DNA of 64,000 bases from Gemmatimonadota bacterium (GTDB taxonomy: Bacteria; JBHIER01; G020348925), in assembly GCA_020348925.1 (NCBI GenBank), contig CP070758.1, positions 3,797,688 through 3,861,687 of the forward strand, given 5' to 3'. Both the position numbers and the translations under genes were made by a program. The notes below the pieces were generated by a model. That model worked only from the letters and a program-made list of their open reading frames with translations. It did not search any database and was not told the DNA's origin. Below are positions 59,081 to 64,000 of this stretch, piece after piece; positions within the stretch are counted from its first letter, which is position 1; each line of letters starts with the position of its first letter.

Positions 59081-59884
59081 TTATTCCAGCGGTTCGACAA
59101 ACGCGCTTTCCGGTTGGCGTGTCACAGGAAAATCGACGGGAAACACTTCGAGTTTTACCTTCTCTCCCATGTGTGTGTTAATCACGAAGAAACGTTTGTC
59201 GATGTAATCTTTCTTGCATTCACACATAGCCCTTAAAATAAGGCTCACGTTCTGCGGATCGTCGTCGGACATGCCAAAGCGGTGTTCTGGATCGGATCCG
59301 AATTTTTCCAGCGCCTTGTCGACGGATTTCTTGATCGCGACTCTCTTCAATGCCGGTGTGGTCTTTATCAGGCCGGGATCGTCGAGTTGTTCGCGGCGCA
59401 CCTCATCGTTTCCTACGGGTAAAAGGGTGAGGTAATTCGGCTCTCGCGGGATCAGGCCTTTTTCGACGAGTACGCGCAAACCGACCTTCAGGGTCCCGGG
59501 ACTGTGGCCCCGGGCAGTAATAATCGAGACGGGCCGCTGTTTTTTGCAGGCGTAAACGAACAGATCCCAGGAGGGCGCTTGCCAGTTCCGCTCATTCGAT
59601 TCAATCGCCTTTTCAATGTCCTCCACAAAGTATTGTTTCTGACCGGGTTGTAGTTCGTCTGCCGGAATATCACCGAAGTTACGGTAACTCCCGTCGAACA
59701 TGGCATAGTTCTCCCACTTGCCCGGCTGTCCCAGGAGAGGATGAATAGTGGCAAATTCACCGGTGCTGAACGGCTCGGGTTTCTCCGTTTCCGTGTTCAG
59801 GATGAATATGGGTGTGGTCAAGAACATGATGTTGTCATCAAAATCAAAGAAATAGAAGCTAACATCGTCAAATTGAATGGCCAT
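59081..59884 (-). CDS. HAD-superfamily phosphatase-like protein
   Basis: Motif I FFDFDDN, motif II IITARG, lysine in ALKR, motif IV GMSDDD; AGGAG before ATG 59884. Confidence 0.7.
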   Translation of the reverse strand: MAIQFDDVSFYFFDFDDNIMFLTTPIFILNTETEKPEPFSTGEFATIHPLLGQPGKWENYAMFDGSYRNFGDIPADELQPGQKQYFVEDIEKAIESNERNWQAPSWDLFVYACKKQRPVSIITARGHSPGTLKVGLRVLVEKGLIPREPNYLTLLPVGNDEVRREQLDDPGLIKTTPALKRVAIKKSVDKALEKFGSDPEHRFGMSDDDPQNVSLILRAMCECKKDYIDKRFFVINTHMGEKVKLEVFPVDFPVTRQPESAFVEPLE

Positions 59885-60002
59885 TTCTTCGTACTCCTGT
59901 TTTGTCGGGTTCAACAGTGCGAGCGCAAGCCTCTTCCCCGCACCGACTCCGTTCAGCGGAACAGCCAGGAACAGTGAGTGTCAGAGAGAAATCTTCCGTC
60001 GC

Positions 60003-61868
60003 CTAACTGAACAACAGCCTTTCAGAGAGCTCCTGTGTCCCATCGGTGTAGTAGGGTTTCGTCCATGAATCATCAGGGTATAAATATGCTGCCTTTTCCG
60101 CTTCCTCGTCGGACAGCTTGTTCAACTCATTTCGCGACTTGAAGTGGTTAAACAGCCGCATGAATTCCCCGAGAAATATGTCGGCGACGCGTTTGTTGCC
60201 CCGAATGATGAGCATGTTCTCGTCGTTGTTGACTGTGGAGGCCTCACTGAAGTTCGCAGAACCGGTAATCACCACAGGATCGTCCGAGAGCGGATCTATC
60301 AGCATGTACTTGGTGTGCAGATAATTGACATGGTCGTTCAATCCCGTCAGCGTTTCGATGAATTGTTTGTGCTTATCTTTACCGCCTGCCCGTTTCTTCA
60401 AGGTATCGCCCCACGCTATCCGGTTTTGCGTGCACTTGGCCATGAGGGGGTACTTCGGCCGCATGAGGCCCGTGATACCTTCCAGCAAAAGATAGCGCAG
60501 GTATGGTCCTCCGCCGCTGACCGGCTTCTTCCTTTTCACCTTTTTGAAGATTTCATCAGCGACGGAAAAGGCTGCGGTGAAGAAGACGGAATTCTCCGCA
60601 GCATCCAGTCGGTCGGCGTACCAGTCGAGCATGGCCTTGGTCAGCCGCGGGCTGAATACCGGAGTCATGGAATTTGGCGGCGGAGGTCCCTGGAGATCCG
60701 ACTGCTGCAGGATCGTCCAGTTCCGAAGACCCTTATCGGGAGGATCGGATTTCGCCGACTTCTTCTTGGGATCGGTGGAAAGTTTAGCCCAATACTCGAA
60801 GTACTTTTGCGCCACGGCTTCGTCCCGTACGACATGTCCCACGTTGGACTGGCCGAAGATTCCGCCGGCCGTGAAATTCGTGGAGCCGGTCCAGACCTGT
60901 ATGGGCTTGCCGTTCTTCAGCAGCACAATGAACTTGTTGTGCGAGATCTGTGTGATTGTCCGTGGTATCATCATTTCCTTGAATGCGGACAGATATTTGG
61001 CATTGGAAATCCCGATCTGGCTCACGGCCTGTTTGGCCGCCTCACAGACACTATCTCCGGACACCTCTTTGATCACTTCTCTGCTCGTGTACGTTGCCGG
61101 TTCCTGTCCACCCTTCGTATAGTTCACAGTGGTGTCAGCATCGTAGTTCCGCTTAAGCCGATACGTACTCTGTCGTTTGGCGTGGTGCACAATTTTGACG
61201 TCAGCTCCCCTCTCCAGGGCATTGACGAAAGCCTGAATGACTGGGGGATAGGTGAACTCATACACCGCGGCGCGTATCGAATATTCAGGACCTTTGGCCT
61301 GGGCAATGAAACGCAGCATGGCTTCTTCAAGCCCTCGCGACAGCCACTTGTAAGCCTCGCGCTGTGGCACATCTTCCGGCTTGAGGAATTCGGTAAATCT
61401 CATCTCATCCGGATCTTCCACCTGAGCCTCATCCTTGTACCATCTGCGGTACTTGCCGAACCGGCGGCTGTAGGCCTGACTGCCGGCGACGCCGCGGTTG
61501 AAGTAGACGGCGTGCGTCTTATCCTCCGGGTCTTCAGTAGTAATCGTTACGTCAACCGGTTTTCCCTTTTCAGGTGCTGCGGGACTACCGTACACAGGGA
61601 CCACGCGGTAGGTATAGGTTTTCTTCGGATCCACGACATAATCACTCCACTGAAAAGCTTGAATAACCGGCACTTTGCTTGTGATTCCTTCAAAATCGCG
61701 ATCGCCACGCAACGGTTGAAACTTACCTGTTTTTCCTTTGCGCTTGGAAATGGTAAATCCCAGCAGACCCTTGGCCGCTTGCTTCTCTGCGTTCAGTCCA
61801 AGCAGTACGACCTCCGTACCGGCAATCGCATGGACTGAAATGCCTGTTTTCTTGTTGCGTTTGCGCAT
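60003..61868 (-). CDS. Phospholipase D-family protein with two HxK motifs
   Basis: SHNKFIVL...VWTGSTNF and LHTKYMLID...ITGSANFS...NDEN; Fn3-like N-terminus (YTYRVVP); no signal peptide seen. Confidence 0.9.
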   Translation of the reverse strand: MRKRNKKTGISVHAIAGTEVVLLGLNAEKQAAKGLLGFTISKRKGKTGKFQPLRGDRDFEGITSKVPVIQAFQWSDYVVDPKKTYTYRVVPVYGSPAAPEKGKPVDVTITTEDPEDKTHAVYFNRGVAGSQAYSRRFGKYRRWYKDEAQVEDPDEMRFTEFLKPEDVPQREAYKWLSRGLEEAMLRFIAQAKGPEYSIRAAVYEFTYPPVIQAFVNALERGADVKIVHHAKRQSTYRLKRNYDADTTVNYTKGGQEPATYTSREVIKEVSGDSVCEAAKQAVSQIGISNAKYLSAFKEMMIPRTITQISHNKFIVLLKNGKPIQVWTGSTNFTAGGIFGQSNVGHVVRDEAVAQKYFEYWAKLSTDPKKKSAKSDPPDKGLRNWTILQQSDLQGPPPPNSMTPVFSPRLTKAMLDWYADRLDAAENSVFFTAAFSVADEIFKKVKRKKPVSGGGPYLRYLLLEGITGLMRPKYPLMAKCTQNRIAWGDTLKKRAGGKDKHKQFIETLTGLNDHVNYLHTKYMLIDPLSDDPVVITGSANFSEASTVNNDENMLIIRGNKRVADIFLGEFMRLFNHFKSRNELNKLSDEEAEKAAYLYPDDSWTKPYYTDGTQELSERLLFS

Positions 61869-61969
61869 GACCTGATTCTCCTTTCTTTCTCTTGACAGAA
61901 GTAAACGATGTGTGTGCTCAGTGCCACTATTTCCTACTCCGCCAAAATCGTTTCCCTCTTACGACGGCG

Positions 61970-64000
61970 TCAGCAGTCCAATTTCTTTTGGCGACCGCTC
62001 TCGTCATCGACTCCCCGGCGGACCAATCCTCGCCATGCCGTCTGCACCTCAGCGGTGACGTGCTCTGGGTCTCCGGCCGCCTCGAAGACAGGACGGCGCT
62101 TGTGCTGCTCCTGGTGATGCGGAAACATGGCGACGAAAAACTCGCTCCAGCCTCCCATGCGCATCCGCACCAGATCGTAGCGCTCCGGAAAGCGCTGCGC
62201 CTCCTCCAACGTGCTGGGGTCCGCGCAACTAATCGACATCATGTTCGGGCCGATCTTCCCCTCCGCGAACTGCCGGATCAGTTCCTTGAGTTGTTCAAGG
62301 GGAAAGTTCTCCCGGATGTTGATATCGACCGGAGAACCGCACGACAGGCCCACGCCTATGGGATCAGTATGCGCGGGATCGTCGTATGCTGTTTTACCCT
62401 CTGCCCAGGAGTGCAGGGATTTTATCGCCACTCGGCCGCGCGCGGGCACGGGGAGATCGAGCGGCGTCGAGGAGGGGCTGAAATCCGACGCCACCGTCTG
62501 GCCGTTCCGCCGCCCGTCCGCGGACGCTCCCAGGAAGGAGCCCACACCGGCGTAATCCTCGAAGGTTGCAATGCCCGGGGTGATCACGAACTCAAAAGGG
62601 CACTCGTCCGTGCCATAGCGGCCGCGCAGGATCTCCAGCTTTTCGGAAATCGGGTTCTTCGGATTGCGGATCAAGTCGTACGCCATGTCTACCAAATCTC
62701 TCACCACCTTACGCGCGAAGCGGTCCACCTCCTCATGTCCCTGACCGAACTTGGACAGTCCCAGGGCATAATTGCGCAAATGTTTGAAGCGCTCGGCCTG
62801 CACGGCAATCCGACCCTCACCGATCGTGCTGCTATAGAACGGTTCTTTCATGTCATAGCCCCAGTTGCAAATGAGGCAATTTACCAGCTCTGGCAAGGTG
62901 AATACCGCCTCGTTGCTGAAGACCATGTGCCGGATGGCCCACAGCGAGTCGATCGCGGTTGCGATACCACTCATCAACGGCGAAAGCAGTTTATAACGAG
63001 CGCCGCCGGCTGTCAAGTCCCGGCTCCGTTCCAAGCAATCGTCGATCAGCGCTGAGAGTAACGGACTCGGACATACCTTGCTTAGATTGCCATAGCGCGA
63101 AAGCATGCCGTTGTAAAAATCGATCAGCTTGTAACGATAATGCTCGAGGAAAAGCTCGTAGAACGCTTCCCAACTATCGATTTCTTCCGCCGGTTTCGAG
63201 TGGAAAGACGCCTTGAGACCCGTGATGTGGATGGGTCCCGCTGCGGCGTACGTGCGACCTCGGTTGAGGGCCATCTCGATGGCATCTGGAACCGGCACAA
63301 AGGAGAAAGCAAACTCGTTCTTGCCGGCCATGATGGTCTCGAAACATCCATCGCAAACCATGTCGCGGGCATCCGCGAGATCTACAACGGTTCCGGTCTC
63401 GATGATCCCCTCACCACTTCGCAACAGCCCCGCAATGATCTTGTCGTCGTTAATGAGGAAGGGGTGTCCTCCACCGGAAAGGACGCAACGAGCAGCTTCC
63501 TCCAAGACGTCGTCCGGCGTATCGGGGTGAACTCTGAGCGACAGACAAGGCGCGTTCAATGGCAGACGCCGAGCTGCACGGAGGCACATGCGGGTGACCG
63601 CGTTGCACCCGTCCTCCGGGGTCTCGGCGTCGTTTGCCTTGCAGCCCCCTACGGTGATCTGCTGCACCCATTGGTTGAGGGCAGCACCCTGGGGGAAGTC
63701 ACCACCCTCATACGTAATGGCTACGGAGCCGCGGGATAGCCTGTCGTTGAAATGCCGGTGATTCAACAGAACCTGTTCGTCCATCTTGATCCAGAAACAG
63801 TCGATGATTTCCTGGGCCTCGTCCGGTGTGATCCTATCGGCCTCGTAGAAGGGCGCGAGAAGCTGATCCAGTCGACCAATCGACACGGACTCTCCTGCGA
63901 TGTGCATGCAGCAATGCATACTGAATACGAGCTGAGCAGCTTCCACAAAGGTCGTCGGGGATTCGTTCGCGAGCTTCTCCATCCGCTGGGCAATCGACTT
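61970..64000 (-). CDS. Glycyl-radical enzyme (PFL-like family), 5' end outside the window
   Basis: S.GRLDQ, A.E.IDCFWIK, ITVGG, P.LSLRV, G.P...ND, GCFE Cys loop, GA.Y, KFG, ASADGR, L.EAQ..PE.Y.L..RMGGWS; frame open to position 64000. Confidence 0.9.
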   Translation of the reverse strand, partial: KSIAQRMEKLANESPTTFVEAAQLVFSMHCCMHIAGESVSIGRLDQLLAPFYEADRITPDEAQEIIDCFWIKMDEQVLLNHRHFNDRLSRGSVAITYEGGDFPQGAALNQWVQQITVGGCKANDAETPEDGCNAVTRMCLRAARRLPLNAPCLSLRVHPDTPDDVLEEAARCVLSGGGHPFLINDDKIIAGLLRSGEGIIETGTVVDLADARDMVCDGCFETIMAGKNEFAFSFVPVPDAIEMALNRGRTYAAAGPIHITGLKASFHSKPAEEIDSWEAFYELFLEHYRYKLIDFYNGMLSRYGNLSKVCPSPLLSALIDDCLERSRDLTAGGARYKLLSPLMSGIATAIDSLWAIRHMVFSNEAVFTLPELVNCLICNWGYDMKEPFYSSTIGEGRIAVQAERFKHLRNYALGLSKFGQGHEEVDRFARKVVRDLVDMAYDLIRNPKNPISEKLEILRGRYGTDECPFEFVITPGIATFEDYAGVGSFLGASADGRRNGQTVASDFSPSSTPLDLPVPARGRVAIKSLHSWAEGKTAYDDPAHTDPIGVGLSCGSPVDINIRENFPLEQLKELIRQFAEGKIGPNMMSISCADPSTLEEAQRFPERYDLVRMRMGGWSEFFVAMFPHHQEQHKRRPVFEAAGDPEHVTAEVQTAWRGLVRRGVDDESGRQKKLDC

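Noticed and set aside
59900..60010. Integron attC site (GTTAGGC at the PLD stop)
   Set aside because: No matching RYYYAAC inverse core or long imperfect palindrome, and no integrase in the window.
60144..63055. 564-aa and 387-aa plus-strand ORFs
   Set aside because: Antisense to the PLD and GRE genes in GC-rich DNA; no recognisable domains.
61970..64000. Calling the GRE CutC or PflB
   Set aside because: Lacks the GCVEP/RVAGYS and CCVS/RVSGY signatures; no microcompartment genes.
1..64000. CRISPR array, tRNA, rRNA, prophage
   Set aside because: No regularly spaced repeats, cloverleaf/T-loop patterns, rRNA-like tracts or phage genes seen by eye; small ncRNAs could have been missed without a covariance search.

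Overview
Bacterial, metagenome-style sequence with a 100-N gap at 25072-25171; the two sides may not be truly adjacent. Gene content points to an FCB-group candidate lineage such as KSB1, TA06 or Zixibacteria (inference from T9SS/FlgD-type C-terminal tails, CBM9-DUF5916, LytS/LytTR and the pilB-pilT-pilC-pilS-pilR order). Left part: an orphan family-5 binding protein with a sigma54 two-component system, a decayed hybrid kinase, an IS481-like scrap, three twin-arginine enzymes with C-terminal sorting tails (one HisC-like, two DUF362), a frameshifted CPA2 antiporter, LytS/LytTR and a four-gene uncharacterised membrane operon (DUF6754-like). Right part: a type IV pilus operon headed by a short MerR-type gene, a large PAS-kinase/REC/degenerate-GGDEF cluster, an NlpC-M50-DUF1611-epimerase cluster, a GT2/radical-SAM envelope operon, yitJ-ubiE-flavodoxin genes and a relic nucleotidyltransferase pair. 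The window ends in a GC-richer block encoding an atypical glycyl-radical enzyme, a phospholipase D-family protein and a HAD-like phosphatase. Best candidates for undescribed systems: (1) the GRE-PLD-HAD block; (2) the Tat-plus-C-terminal-tail enzymes; (3) the DUF6754 membrane complex; (4) a shared sigma54 promoter plus ACATT-N7-AATGT box linking the pilus operon to the kinase cluster. No rRNA, tRNA or CRISPR array was seen. All family calls come from motif recognition by eye; no database search was run.
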